This document shows positions 51,256 through 63,909 of a DNA stretch of 64,000 bases, in pieces. Below the pieces are notes generated by a model that saw only the letters and a list, made by a program, of their open reading frames with translations, had not been told where the DNA came from and searched no databases. The DNA lies in assembly GCA_964234715.1 (NCBI GenBank), contig OZ174279.1, one strand, 5' to 3'. Numbering within the stretch: position 1 is the first letter of the stretch; each line of letters starts with the position of its first letter. The translations under genes were made by a program, and so were the position numbers. The DNA comes from Podarcis melisellensis. Its lineage: Eukaryota.

Positions 51256-51716
51256 GTAAGAATGGTGGTTGTTACACTTTTCGGCATATCTTGCAGATAG
51301 TGGTGTTGTGTGCTTAACTTTACAGAACCATCCACTTGGCTCCTGCATTTGAATGTATTACTCTTACCTCATGGATGCTCAGCTTAGTTAACATAGGAAG
51401 AGCTCTGCTTATAAGAAAGGATTGCAGTAGGAATGGGAGAGGGAAGAAAACAGACATGACAATGTCCATTAAATTCACTAAGAAATATGATTGGGGTTTG
51501 TAGAAAGTTTCTCTCCTTTTAGTCTTTTCAAGTGTAGTGTATGTTAAGCTATGTTTTCTTGTAACATAGGATGTTTCCTTTCAGCATGGCTATCTGTATG
51601 TATTGCTAGTCAACTGCCATTGACTAGAATTTCAACAGTGATTATTACAGACTGTTAGAACATTGTAGTAAATTTAACTTTGTGTATATATTTTTTCTTA
51701 TTCTTGTTTTTAATAG

Positions 51717-51776
51717 TGAAATCGACGGAACATTTTCCTCAGCTGGCTGTCTAAATGGAAGTTTTTTAGCTATCAG
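51717..51776 (+). CDS. HERC4: HERC4 coding exon 10 (EIDGTFSSAGCLNGSFLAIS)
   Basis: taatag| ... AG|gtcagt; 60 nt. Confidence 0.94.
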
Positions 51777-51923
51777 GTCAGTGGGTGATACACAATATTT
51801 TAAATGTCCAAGCCACAAGATTTAATGAAAGTTTGGAAATAATTAAGAATTCCATATTCATTTAAAAGTATAGAGAATAAGTAGTGGAAAGCAGAATTTA
51901 CTTACTGCTTTTTGTTTTCATAG

Positions 51924-52035
51924 CCATGATGATCACTACAGAACTAGTGCCAGATACTCAGGGATTGACATGAATACTGCTCGACTTCTGTTTCACAAAC
52001 TTATACAGCCGGAACATCCTCATATATCTCAGCAG
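51924..52035 (+). CDS. HERC4: HERC4 coding exon 11 (HDDHYRTSARYSGIDMNTARLLFHKLIQPEHPHISQQ)
   Basis: ttcatag| ... CAG|gtttgt; 112 nt. Confidence 0.94.
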
Positions 52036-53505
52036 GTTTGTCCTGAAATCCTTATTGCACCTAGTTTCAAATCCCAGGTATTACACTGTGTTAAACAATT
52101 GGTGGTTCTTTTTGCACAGAACTGGTAAATTTAGGTTTGCAATGCAATGCTTAATGCTTTGTTGAAATATTCAATACTTTTTAAAAAATGTAAATTGTAG
52201 TAGCTCCACAGAGTTGTCAACATTTTGAGATTTTTTAAATGCACTTCAATTAGTGTTTCAGTGGCTGGATTTGGGCATAACACTAAGCCATGGGTTGTTC
52301 AGGTGAGCTCTGGCTATGCCCGTGAGCATCCTGGCCAACCATTTATGGTTGGTTTGTGCCCAACAAATCATGATCTCAAACTATGTTTTGAAGTTGGCGT
52401 GTGAATTTCTACTTTTAGTTACCTCTGAACTTCAAATCCTTAGGTTTGAGCTTAGTTTGTCACATCGCTCATAAGCCCTTGCCTGGCTACAGAGGTGTAA
52501 GGGAAAAACAGCTGGAAAATGAAATTGTTCATGCAACTAAGAAGTTATCACTGATACTTTTAACAGATCTCTCCATCCTTCACTACTGTGCCCAGTAACA
52601 GGCTCATTACCCTGCATGCCTCCTTGCTGATGAGCCCTATGAGAAAGAAAAGTAGTAAGAGACCACGGGCATGTCCCCCTAATATCTAATGAGAGATATA
52701 TGTTTAAAAGCTCACCTTTGTTCTTAGGAAGGACTATACTAACAGTTCAACAAATGCAGTTGCAGATTTTGATGTAAAAGCTTCCCCTGTCACCCATTCA
52801 CTTCCTGTTAAACTTAGTTCATTCCTAGTTCTGAGAAACACTTGTTGTTACTGAAAGACTAGCCAGAGCAGACAGAACTTTTGCTCAGGAGGATTGCAAG
52901 GAAAGGGTTGGTTGATAGTACCTTTAGGACTATTACTTTACTCAGGGGCTTTTGGAGCCATTAAAGGATCTTGAGCAGAATGTTCGTTTCCTGTCTGCAG
53001 TTGGCCAATGGCAAAAGAAGTGGTAAGTTGATTATCACAAAGGCCTTCTGGTCAGGAACCATCTATTCACAAGAGCATTTAGGGGGCAGGGGGAAATCAC
53101 CAGGCAAAACAAGCCACAGTTTCTTTGACCATCTGTGGTTGGGGTCCTGGTTTCTTCAGCAAACCATGGTGATAGCAAACTATGGCTTAGTTTTATGTCT
53201 GACTAGAATGGCTCCAACCCCTGAACAGAAACCACAGTATGAAACTGTGTTTCAGGGCCCCACTTTTCATGTTGTAATGTGTGTTGTACTCCAGAACAGA
53301 TATGAAAGGTAACTTTCATCATTCTTGTAAAATAGCTGTTATAAAAAACATTTATTGTGATTAAGGAGCTCTGGGGTTTTTTTTTAGGTTTTTTTTTTAA
53401 ACAAGTTTTTGTTCAAATTCATTTTAAAAAAAGTGTAAAATGAGTTATTATAATAGAAAATGTTTTTAGTTTAAAACCAGAATCTATTTTGTACCACATT
53501 CCCAG

Positions 53506-53695
53506 GTTGCAGCTAGTTTGGAAAAGAACCTTATTCCTAAACTGACTAGTTCCTTGCCTGATGTTGAAGCCCTAAGACTGTTTCTAACCCTGCCAGAATG
53601 CCCACTAATGAGTGACGCAAACAATTACATGACACTAGCTATCCCATTTGCAACTGCTATTGTGAATCTAGAAAAGGCTCCACTGAAAGTACTTG
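53506..53695 (+). CDS. HERC4: HERC4 coding exon 12 (VAASLEKNLIPKL...APLKVL)
   Basis: cccag| ... G|gtaagg; 190 nt. Confidence 0.96.
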
Positions 53696-54119
53696 GTAAG
53701 GTTTCTTTTGTTTAATTTGTATGTCTTAATCTGCTGCAAGGGTGTGGCAGCTTGCAAAACTAACTGTGGGCATATATAATCTCTCAAACTGTTCTTGCTA
53801 TCAGTTTTCACCTTCTGTTCATTGCACTACTAAAGGGAAGTGCTATTGCATATAGATATCCTTGTGTAGCTCTATGAGCAAGTGTTGCTTTCTTTGCATA
53901 CCACTGTAAACCTTTATTAATCGTTTGCCATGAACACACTGCCTCTGGTCACTTATTCCTCCACATTCACGCTGGGTGGAAACAGTGATCTCTGGCATAC
54001 CATTAAATGCAAACTATAAATTGTGGTTTATGTCAGTCCTAAGGTTTGTTTTTGGCTTACTGATGGTGTTTGTTGGAGTGAAAAATACGTAATGGATTTC
54101 CTCTTTCCATTAGCAGGTA

Positions 54120-54357
54120 CAGTGGTACCTCTAGTTGCAGACTTAATCCGTTTCAGGATGCCATTCACACCCCGAAAAGTCTGCAACTAGAATGCCTCTT
54201 CTGTGCATATGCATGGTGCAATCAAGCACAAGTGCGAAGCGCATGGATCGCTTCTGCGCATGCGTGGGTGGTGAGCCCAGAAGTAAATACTTCTGGGTTT
54301 GCCGCATTCGTAAGCTGAAAGTCCGTAACGAGCAGAACGCAACACGAGTTATGACTG
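54120..54357. mobile_element. Tigger/pogo-like MITE, second subfamily
   Basis: TA|cagtggtacctctagttgc ... gcaacacgagttatgactg|TA. Confidence 0.75.
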
Positions 54358-54522
54358 TACGAGGCAAACATACAAGAAAGGCATAATAGTAAATTATCAA
54401 CTATGCTCTACTCAAAATTTATAATTTTGAGGCCAAGTTATTTTTTAAATCCAGAATTGCTCAAGTGTCCAATGAAATTTCTTAAACTGTCTTTTTGAAT
54501 TCATGATAGTTAATAAGCAGGG

Positions 54523-54566
54523 TTTCTTGCTACTGTTTTCTTGCTACTGTTTTCTTGCTACTGTTT
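54523..54566. repeat. 14-bp unit x3
   Basis: tttcttgctactgt x3. Confidence 0.95.
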
Positions 54567-54807
54567 GAGAGATTTCTCCTCAGGGATAATAAACTTTGCA
54601 CTTCCCTTTCTAACATCCAAAAAAGTATGTCTCCTATTCTTACATATTAAAAGGATGTTGATATGGAGTGGAAAAACGGATGGTCTAATTTATTCATTGC
54701 TGAACAACTAATGAACTTGAGATCTAGACAGTATTAGTTACACATAAGTCCTGTTAAGTTGTGCAACGTTTTTGTCTGCTATATTTGCTTTTCCCTTTTA
54801 TTAACAG

Positions 54808-54980
54808 AAAACTGGTGGTCTGCATTGGAGCCTCCATTGTTCCTTAAAATCGTGGAACTTTACAAGGATGTTGTTGTCCACCTTCTTAAATTGTACAAGA
54901 TGGGCATTCCAACTTCAGAGCAAAGAATCTTCTCTAGCTGCCTGCACTCTTCTCTCAAGGTTTTGGAAATTTTGCACAGG
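54808..54980 (+). CDS. HERC4: HERC4 coding exon 13 (ENWWSALEPPLFLKIVELYK...EILHR)
   Basis: ttaacag| ... AGG|gtaggt; 173 nt. Confidence 0.96.
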
Positions 54981-56135
54981 GTAGGTCTTTGCAGTTTGTA
55001 TCCTTATTTCTGCTGCCAGATACATTTTTGCTGATGTACTGTATCACTGATGCAATTGATTTTCACTGAGTCTAGAAGTCTAGAGTTTAGAAGTCTGAAC
55101 TTTCACAGTAAGTTGTGGCTGTGTGGACCATTGGAATTTGTTTGGAATCCGTATGATCATTGGATGGAGTATTTCCTCATGTTCTCATGAAGAGACATGC
55201 AAGACTTTGATTTAATGTAACATCAGAACTAAGATCAAAGTATACGGCTCTCAGTATATGGACTCACCCAAACCACAGAAGTTGAATGTTCATGCCAATA
55301 TTACAAATGGAGTCAAAAATTATTTTGTGAACAACATACCTTGCTTTAGCAAAGGCAGAACCACAAAAGAGAAATCACTAAGGCTGCAGTTCTATGCATA
55401 CATGCATGCATTCTGGTTCAATGTCTTAAGATCTGACACTGCATATCGAAATAGCTGACAAGAAACATGTGGAACCTCACTTTTCAAATAGTCTTACTCA
55501 CAGGCTGCCTGGTAGTAGCAAATACTTTTATTATCAAGTTGGATTTTGGAGTGCATCTTGGAATAAAATGCATGGTTGTTTTTACACTAACCTCTTAATA
55601 TTTACAACTTAATATATATAAACAGTATCATTCTATAAATAAACAATTTAAAACACATTTTCTCTTGCTGCTATTCAGTTATAAATAACCTCAGTCACAT
55701 TCATCAAACAAATACCTACCCCTAAAGTGGGAGGGAGAAAGCATCATATCAAAAATATCCTTAAAACATCAGCCTGTTCCAGCCCCTCCCCATTCTGTGG
55801 CTGAAAGCGGTGCACACAGAAAATGGCTGTTCCCTATAGTTTATAACTAAATCATTGTGTGACTAACATATTCCAGTCTTGTTATGCTTTGGGAAAGGAC
55901 ATATATTTATAAATGAAAATAGTTTAAGAGTTCAGACAAATTATTCCTCTTTGTGAAGAAGGCTGGCTAACATAGACAGCAACTTCCAGACTCCATAGTA
56001 TGGCAATACCTTTATTAGGCCAGCCAAAATATTGCAAATAGCATTTCATATACAAATCTGAAGAAATAGTTTTAATAGAATAGAGTGAAATGTAAAATAT
56101 TCTCAGTGACAAACTGCATTCTCTTTAAAATGCAG

Positions 56136-56255
56136 GTAAATGAAAGAGGTGGGCAAATCATACAATATGATAAATTCTACATACATGAACTACAGGATTT
56201 GATAGACATAAGAAGTGACTACTTCCACTGGATTCAACAGCAGGCATATGGAATG
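56136..56255 (+). CDS. HERC4: HERC4 coding exon 14 (VNERGGQIIQYDKFYIHE...QQQAYGM)
   Basis: tgcag| ... ATG|gtaaat; 120 nt. Confidence 0.96.
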
Positions 56256-58319
56256 GTAAATGTCCCATTTTTGTTTTCACTATGCGTTATAAAACACACT
56301 GCATGGGCTCGAATTCACATTGCATAGCTGCTCAGTTAGATGAATTGCATGGCTCAGTGTTCCCAATACATAAATAAATTCCTGCAAACAGATAGCTAGG
56401 TGTGGGAAAGAAGGGTGTTCTCCCTAACATGCTAGATTTCTCTGGATGGTATTCAACCAAAATTTCACTCAACAGTGTACCCATTGAAATTAATGAACAT
56501 GACTATGTTAGGTCCCCTGCTCCTCCACCACAGTCTGAAGCAGGGCAGGCCAAGAACAGTTTAGGTTGTGACAAGTGTTCTATTTAGAGTGGTTCTTAGT
56601 GTATGTCAGTTTTGGGTTTTCTTTTTCTTTTTAGTTTTTCCTGGACAATGTCCTTTTTATGAAGTTTTCTGAAACATTACATCCATACAGAGTAAAAAAG
56701 TTGGTCTTTGATAAGCGCTGGAGAGAGGGCTAGTTTTTCTTCTTTTCCTTTAAAGAATACAGAGTGTACATCAAATGATGCACTGCTTGGTTTGGATATA
56801 CTGGCAAATCATGCTGTACCACAGTCACATCTTGGCACATGAGTTCTTCCTGAAGCTAACCGCCAAAATCCCTAGTCCATTCATTTGCACTGAGCCTAGA
56901 CTGTTCAAAAGCAAAACCAAACTGGGTGCAGGTTCTTCTCCTGGCCTAACAAGAATTGGTGAGGCGAGCATGCAGGCCAGTGCTTTGCTCAGGGTTCAGG
57001 GAGATTTGTTCATGCAGCACTAAGCCATGGTATAGTGACAGACATGAATAACCTGAACTACGACTCACCACTGATCATTGGTGATGCTATCTGAGGCTGG
57101 TGGGAGTTGTAGTTGAGCAACAGGTTAACCACCCCTGGTTTGGTGTGAACTGGACCATAGGGTGCAAGCAGAGGTGATTTCTCACAGCCACATCTCTGAA
57201 CTGAAAATTAAATGTGTTGCTTGGATATATGAAAGACTTGCTGGGTATCTAAGTTTCTAGTTAGTTTGCTTCTTGCTTCCAAACACTAATTGAGATACCA
57301 CTCAGAGTCAGAACATGGATTCTTAATTTATACTGAAGGTAGTAATAGAGTTGGGCTTTTAAACAAACAAGAATATTTTTGGAAACTATTTAATGGAGGC
57401 AACAGGAACCAAAATTCCAGGTTTATTAAATGATGGTGATCAAACACTAACACCTTTTAAAAATATCATCTGCCCTCATGCATCTCTCCTCATGAGTTAA
57501 TCAAATATATTACTTTTATGGGAGAATACCTGTATTCTACATCCCACCATTGCAATTGTGCATATAATTCATTGTTCTTTTACTTCTTCTATTCAGTAAT
57601 CGTGATGTTCTCAAAGGAAAGGTCCCCACCCTTATTTAATACTACTCCCTAAAGTATCAATTTTATTTTTAGCTCAGAAGTGTCTCTTTCCCTGCTCATA
57701 TATCTCAAGTCGGGCATCTGAAGTATTTTTGTAATGGCTTGGAGCAGAGCCTAGAAACAGTGTAGGTTAAATAGGATCTGTGGTTTCGGAATACTGATTG
57801 TGAGAAATGCAATCTGCTTTTTAAGACTTTGAAAATGAAAAAGATTATTCATAAATGTATTAATTGAATAGATAAGTTGTGCTCATGAGTGCTCTGTGTC
57901 CATTATCAACATGTTGATGAAGGATGAAAAGAACTAAAAAAACTACCTAGGCTAGATTTTTGCGCCTGTGACATTTGGTTTTTAGGCACATTAATAGTTT
58001 AGTCATAATTTGGAGGTGGGCCACAATAAAGCTTAAGAAATGAGCTGGGATAGATGTTTGAATAAACCAATCTTAAAGTTGGAGAATTGCACGGTTTAGG
58101 ACCAAACCTCTCTGTGAACTTTTATTTATCCCTGTTTTCTAAGGAGTGACCACTGCAACTTGTGGAAGTGAATGTGTGCCAGGCATGACTTTGGTAGAGG
58201 CTCCATGCATGTATTAGCAGTGAATCTGTATGTGGCCACAGTTATGCCATGTACCTCCCTGGGGTCCATGTGCACTAGCATACATTGTTCTCTACACTGC
58301 TCTGTGTACATAGGACATA

Positions 58320-58571
58320 AAGGTAAAGGGACCCCTGACCATTAGGTCCAGTCGTGGCAGACTCTGGAGTTGCGGCGCTCATCTCGCTTTATTGGCCGAG
58401 GGAGCCAGTGTCCAGCTTCCAGGACATGTGGCCAGCATGACTAAGTCGCTTCTGGCAAACCAGAGCAGTGCACGGAAATGCCGTTTACCTTCCTGCCGGA
58501 GCGGTACCTATTTATCTACTTGCACTTTGACGTGCAAAGCGCCACCCTATGTACAGCGCCACCCGCATCCC
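58320..58571 (-). mobile_element. Sauria SINE with internal deletion
   Basis: Sauria SINE 3' body and acctt tail plus the extreme 5' end; 15-bp TSD tg(t/c)acataggacata at 58305-58319 and 58572-58586. Confidence 0.88.
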
Positions 58572-59041
58572 TGCACATAGGACATAGAGAGAGGTATTTA
58601 ACTAAATTTTGCTCAAAATAGACCCATTGACATTCATGAAAGTGACTTAAGTTAGGGTTCGTCCACACTTAGAAAGCATGGGCCCAAGCAGTTTCCCCCT
58701 TGTCCCGCTCCTTTCCCAGGGAAAACCTGCTCTTAACTTTAAATTGGAACAAAGGGCAATCTACGGAAAAACCATTTGCTATTTGCTCCATTTGAGTACT
58801 AAAGAGCAGTTTTGCTTGGGGTAGGGCAGGGAAGCAGCAGGATAAGAGGAAGCTCTTGGGTTCATTAATTTCAATAGCTCTACTCTGAATGCCACACAGG
58901 CATTAGTCTGTGCCAATCTTTTTTTAAAAAAATGCAGGCATCTGCATGAAGGCTTTTGGGGGTGTGGAGGAAAGTGGAGAGGAACCTAACAGTGTTTTTT
59001 TCCTTTTAATTACTGCTGCCTCTTATGCATTCTTTTGGTAG

Positions 59042-59065
59042 GATATCAGCCATGGATTAAATGAG
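59042..59065 (+). CDS. HERC4: HERC4 24-nt microexon (DISHGLNE), probably alternatively spliced
   Basis: ttcttttggtag|GATATCAGCCATGGATTAAATGAG|gtaaga; phase 0-0; resembles the 8-aa optional segment (DVNHGLTE) I recall in mammalian HERC4. Confidence 0.85.
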
Positions 59066-59343
59066 GTAAGAAGTTATCTGATTCCCACAGTAAAGTTTTG
59101 GAAACTAGACCCAAAGATTCTGACATCAGGTTTATCCATGGGCCTTGAATTCTGATAATCTTGCAATAAATTCATGGATTAGATATATCTAAAACTGTGT
59201 AAAAAACATAAACCTCTTCATAAACTGGATATCCTGTATTATATCTCTCTGTCAAGTAAATGTTGCATAACTGCCAAAAGAAAATTTATATATACTGTTG
59301 CTAATACTGCACATGCTAACAGCTTTTTCTATTGCCTTTCTAG

Positions 59344-59442
59344 CTAGCAGATGTGCCAGTTACAATTTGCACCTACCCATTTGTGTTTGATGCACAGGCA
59401 AAGACAACACTCTTGCAGACAGATGCGGTTTTACAGATGCAG
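59344..59442 (+). CDS. HERC4: HERC4 coding exon 16 (LADVPVTICTYPFVFDAQAKTTLLQTDAVLQMQ)
   Basis: ttctag| ... CAG|gtaaaa; 99 nt. Confidence 0.96.
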
Positions 59443-59698
59443 GTAAAACAGTAATTTAAAAATAAAATACTTTAAAATACTGTAGTTATTCCTGGATTGA
59501 TATAACTTAGGCCCTGTTTATATTAACAGTTGTTCAGATATCGAGAAAAACTGTGTCTTTGGATATCAAAGATTCAGGCAGTACTGCATTAGTATAATCA
59601 CAAGGTGGAAATATTACTAGGAATTGTAGATTCTCTTGAGCATCCAGTGTTTATTACTACTGCTGCTGCCACTAAGGTTTTTACTTGGTTTTTCCCAG

Positions 59699-59866
59699 AT
59701 GGCTGTTGACCAGGCTCACAGACAGAATTTCTCATCTATTTTTCTCCCAGTATTTGAATCTGTCAATCCATGTCTGATCTTAATTGTGCGCAGAGACAAT
59801 ATTGTGGGGGATACCATGGAAGTCCTAAGAAAAACAAAAAATGTTGACTACAAGAAGCCTCTTAAG
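59699..59866 (+). CDS. HERC4: HERC4 coding exon 17 (MAVDQAHRQNFSS...DYKKPLK), start of HECT region
   Basis: ttcccag| ... AAG|gtatag; 168 nt. Confidence 0.96.
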
Positions 59867-60489
59867 GTATAGCCTATATGCATGCATGTTTACCTTTTTG
59901 TGATGCACACCTGGCCTTCAGTTTTCTCTTCTTCTCCACCCCCTACCCTCTGCTTTTCCCATGGCAAATATTTGTCCTAGAACTGGGTGAAGGGAGAATT
60001 CTAAGCAAAGAACAGCTGGCCAAGAAAGGGTTCAGCACTCGCTTCCTCCCATCATTCAAAATCACAACTACCTAAGGCTCCTTTTGGTGCATTTTCTTTC
60101 TTTTTAATTGTTGGAACTTTAGTATACACACTTGCATATAATTCATAACTTGCCCCTCAACATTCATTCATAGACTTGAGGCTGCTCCAGGTCAATGAAA
60201 AATGTACCTGTATAATATATACCTGTATAACGTATGTCTTTACAAATATGCATTTGCCGTGTTCATTCATTCATCCATTCATTCATTATCCCCCCACCCA
60301 TCTGGCTGCGTTTCCCCAGCCACTCGGGGCGGCATCCAGCACATTAATAATAATTTTTTATATATATAAAAACATCATAAAAACTTAAAACACATTTTAC
60401 AACTTTAAAATATAATGTATGAAGTGGCCTTTATTCAGACTCCTTATTGTAAATGTCATTATCCAAGTAACAAATTGAGCACTTGTGGA

Positions 60490-60638
60490 TAGCTCAGTTG
60501 GTTAGAGCCTGTTGCTGATAACGCCAGGGTCGCAGGTACGATTCCCTTACAGGACAGCTGCATATTCCTGCATTGCAGGAGGTTGTTCTAGATGATACTC
60601 AGGGTCCCTTCCAACCCTACAATTCTATGATTCTATGA
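60490..60638 (+). mobile_element. tRNA-derived SINE with CR1-type (ATTCTATG)n tail (lacertid-type; family name uncertain)
   Basis: A box tagctcagttgg, tRNA-like head, body ...gtcccttccaaccctacaattctatgattctatga. Confidence 0.75.
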
Positions 60639-60697
60639 GTATGTGTAGTATTTTATTTTTAAAAAATGTAATGTTCTAACTGCATTGCCAATGTTAG

Positions 60698-60841
60698 GTT
60701 ATTTTTGTAGGGGAAGAAGCTGTTGATGCAGGAGGAGTTCGCAAAGAATTTTTCTTGCTTATCATGAGAGAGCTGTTAGATCCCAAGTATGGAATGTTCA
60801 GGTACGATGAACAATCGAGGCTCATCTGGTTCTCAGATAAG
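60698..60841 (+). CDS. HERC4: HERC4 coding exon 18 (VIFVGEEAVDAGGVRKEFF...WFSDK), HECT
   Basis: tgttag| ... AAG|gtatgt; 144 nt; HECT signature F-x-GE-x-x-x-D-x-GG-x-x-KEFF. Confidence 0.97.
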
Positions 60842-61139
60842 GTATGTAATTTGTTGGATTTTGTGTATTTATAGTGGAAATGAATATCTTGATTTACTTT
60901 CAGCCTATGGTATCTTTGAGAATATTACTACTATGATATAATTGCACCAGTGCACACTGCATCCTTTAGTCTATGATAGCATTTGTTATGTTAGCCCGTT
61001 GCTCTTGATCCTGAATGTGCTCATTTCTGTTCCCTTACCCTGGTGGTCACAGAAGGCCATGAATACAACAGCACTAGATTAAGTCAGTGTGTTTTGTGGC
61101 TGCTGCATGGCTGTGTTTTTGTAGAGTCTGTTGGGGCCA

Positions 61140-61220
61140 AAATAAAAGTATCCGCATCTTAAAGTCTTATGGCATAAGCTTTCATGGAGTACAGATCATT
61201 TCATTGGGTACATGAAGTGT
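61140..61220. mobile_element. Penelope-like remnant; similar at ~55950-56045
   Basis: aaataaaa...ggcataagctttcatggagtacagatcatttca resembles reptile Penelope terminal repeats. Confidence 0.35.
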
Positions 61221-62081
61221 TCACCTGAGTTGTTTGGAAGAAGGATTATAGATTATGAGGTTAGAGGGAAATGAAATGTAGAACATATGATCAGTCACAA
61301 TTACATTATTAACAGCGGCCATTCACAAAACTCTTGTTGGTGACAAAAGAGACACCCTAGTGTGATAAAAAGCCTTCCCACGGAAATACTCTACACCAGA
61401 TGTGCCCCACAGAAAAGACCCTTTTCCTTTGTCATAATTGGCTTCATCAAGATGTCTCAGAGAAAGGACTTCAAGGATGATCTTAGAACTTGAGCTGTAG
61501 GTTCCTGTGAACAAAGCAGTCCTCCTAAGCTGATTAAAGTTCTAAAGGCAAGAACCAGCACCTTAAACTGTGCCAGAGATGCAGCTAGTGCAGTTTTCTG
61601 TTGAGTGAGATATATATTCAGTTGGTCTCTGTTAGTAACCTAGGCATTGTATTTCATACTAGCTGAATTTTCCTAGTTGCTTCAAAGGCAGCACCAAGGA
61701 CAGTGCATTAATACAGGATGTTACCAGATCATAGATAACCATCATCGGGACTTCTCTCTCTAGAATGCTAACCCTCAAAACACTGGTTGCTTGCCACTTG
61801 AGTTGTTGCCTCACTACACTAGAGGGGGTTGCAAAATCAAATACAAAGCAATTAAACACCCTTTTCTGTAACCCTTGAAAAAAATGACTTGATGAGTTTT
61901 TAACCCTATAGATCCCAACCTCAAATATATACCTGAGTAATAACTGAGTGTACTAGCTTGCAAAATTATTGTGATTCCACTTGAATTCTAGCAGCAGTTG
62001 AATGCAAGCATGGTCTCTAAAGCAATGTGCATGTTTTTGTAAGCTTTTAAAAGTTTAATTTCAGTTTTTTCATATTTGCAG

Positions 62082-62248
62082 ACCTTTGAAGACAGTGACT
62101 TGTTTCATCTGATTGGTGTTGTCTGTGGGCTAGCAATATATAATTTTACTATTGTAGAGCTTCACTTCCCCTTGGCTTTATATAAGAAGCTCCTGAACAA
62201 GAAACCTTCCCTGGATGACCTCAAAGAGCTAATGCCTGATGTTGGCAG
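62082..62248 (+). CDS. HERC4: HERC4 coding exon 19 ([21 protein letters not shown]...MPDVGR), HECT
   Basis: ttgcag| ... AG|gtgagc; 167 nt. Confidence 0.96.
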
Positions 62249-62596
62249 GTGAGCACATTACAACTGAAAGTACAGTAAGTAGATTAACATTTCTGTGCAT
62301 CATAACTTCTTTCACAGTGCAAAGAAATAATTCAATACCTTGTTAAGGAGATGAGATACAAGATTTAGAGTGTCTTTATTTCTAGTTGATACACTTGAAA
62401 CAAATGTAGGTTTTTTAGGATTGAAATCCTTCCAGGGCAAAAAAACTTGAACAGATACTGACTTCTCAGTAGCTGCTAGATTTTTGCTAATCTAAACTGT
62501 AAATTTCTATGGAAGAATATAAAACCATTTCAGTTCTGTAAGTTTCTGAATAAATTGTGCTGTTACAACTTGCGATGAGAGACTTTTTATTCTCAG

Positions 62597-62663
62597 GAGT
62601 ATGCAGCAATTATTGGACTACCCAGAAGATGATATAGAGGATACCTTCTGCCTCAACTTTACA
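62597..62663 (+). CDS. HERC4: HERC4 coding exon 20 (SMQQLLDYPEDDIEDTFCLNFT)
   Basis: tctcag| ... ACA|gtaagt; 67 nt. Confidence 0.95.
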
Positions 62664-62845
62664 GTAAGTGTGAGATCATCCATTGCCACTTTTTTAATGC
62701 CAGTATAAGGAGTAATAATATGTAATCGAGTCTCTCTTTTCCTGTTAAAATGCTAGGCTTTGTATAGCATGCTTCGCTTTCCTGTATTGAATTATCGATT
62801 CTATTCTGCAACAAAAAGTAAAATACACTCTCATGTTCTAAACAG

Positions 62846-62928
62846 ATCACTGTTGAAAATTTTGGTACTACGGAAGTTAAGGAGCTAATTCCTAATGGTA
62901 CTGATATTCCTGTTGTCAAACAAAATAG
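62846..62928 (+). CDS. HERC4: HERC4 coding exon 21 (ITVENFGTTEVKELIPNGTDIPVVKQNR)
   Basis: aaacag| ... AG|gtaagt; 83 nt. Confidence 0.95.
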
Positions 62929-63502
62929 GTAAGTTTTAGCATGGTAGGTTGACAGAATAGTTTGCCTTTGCAATTTTATCAGTGAGAAATACTTTTTTCA
63001 TGTCATGCAGGTTCTTAACTCAGAATTGAACTATAAGGGGTGTGGGTGTGGTGGGGAGTTACACCCAACTTCTGAGATATTTATTCCAAACCTGTAATCT
63101 TGCAAAAGAAATTTCTCTTTCTCTTTCTTTCTTTCTTTGTTGTGGTGGTGATAAACAGGCAAAATATTTTAAGAAATGAGTTTTGCCCTCCTTCCGCTGC
63201 TCTTCTTGGTGGTTTCTTACTGCAGCCACCAAGACATTGGCAGCATTTGAATTATCTTTCCTGGCTTCATAAACCATAGCTTAAGAAGTCAGAAATTAGT
63301 GTCAAACTTGCCTGTTCCTTTCTCATGCCTCCCCTCTTTGCCTTGTATGCTGGATTCACTGTGACATTCATGTTAACTAGGAGCTATCTGAAGATAATTG
63401 TTGACAGTGTTAAAATGGTTGCTGTTCATTGCTAGTGGAGTTGTGGTTGAACATTCTCATATTTTTAAAACATGGTGCCTTTTCTTCTCATTTGATCTTT
63501 AG

Positions 63503-63686
63503 GCAAGAGTTTGTGAATGCCTACGTGGACTACATCTTCAATAAATCTGTGGCTCCTCTCTATGATGCATTCCATGCAGGCTTTCACAAGGTGTGTGGAG
63601 GTAAAGTTCTGCAGCTCTTCCAGCCCAACGAACTGCAAGCAATGGTGATTGGGAATACAAACTATGATTGGAAAGAACTAGAGAAG
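63503..63686 (+). CDS. HERC4: HERC4 coding exon 22 (QEFVNAYVDYIFNKSV...WKELEK)
   Basis: ctttag| ... AAG|gtatgt; 184 nt; cumulative CDS to here is 2871 nt = 957 codons. Confidence 0.96.
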
Positions 63687-63909
63687 GTATGTTACTAGTC
63701 CAGACATTAGCAACAACTGAACACTAAAGAATCCTGTATAATTAAGCGATTGTCCAAAATAGAGCTTTTCTGTATTATGTAGAAAAACACTAAAATACAT
63801 AAAATTCTATAAATACGTTTACGCATAGGTATTTTTGTTTTTTCAATATACAACATTTTATTTGTAAATTTGAGGGGGATATATTGTGATTTTGATTTGT
63901 TGTTCTTAG

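Noticed and set aside
60490-60565. tRNA-like sequence
   Set aside because: It continues into a SINE body and CR1-type tail, and the T-arm/B box is degenerate; it is a SINE head, not a tRNA gene.
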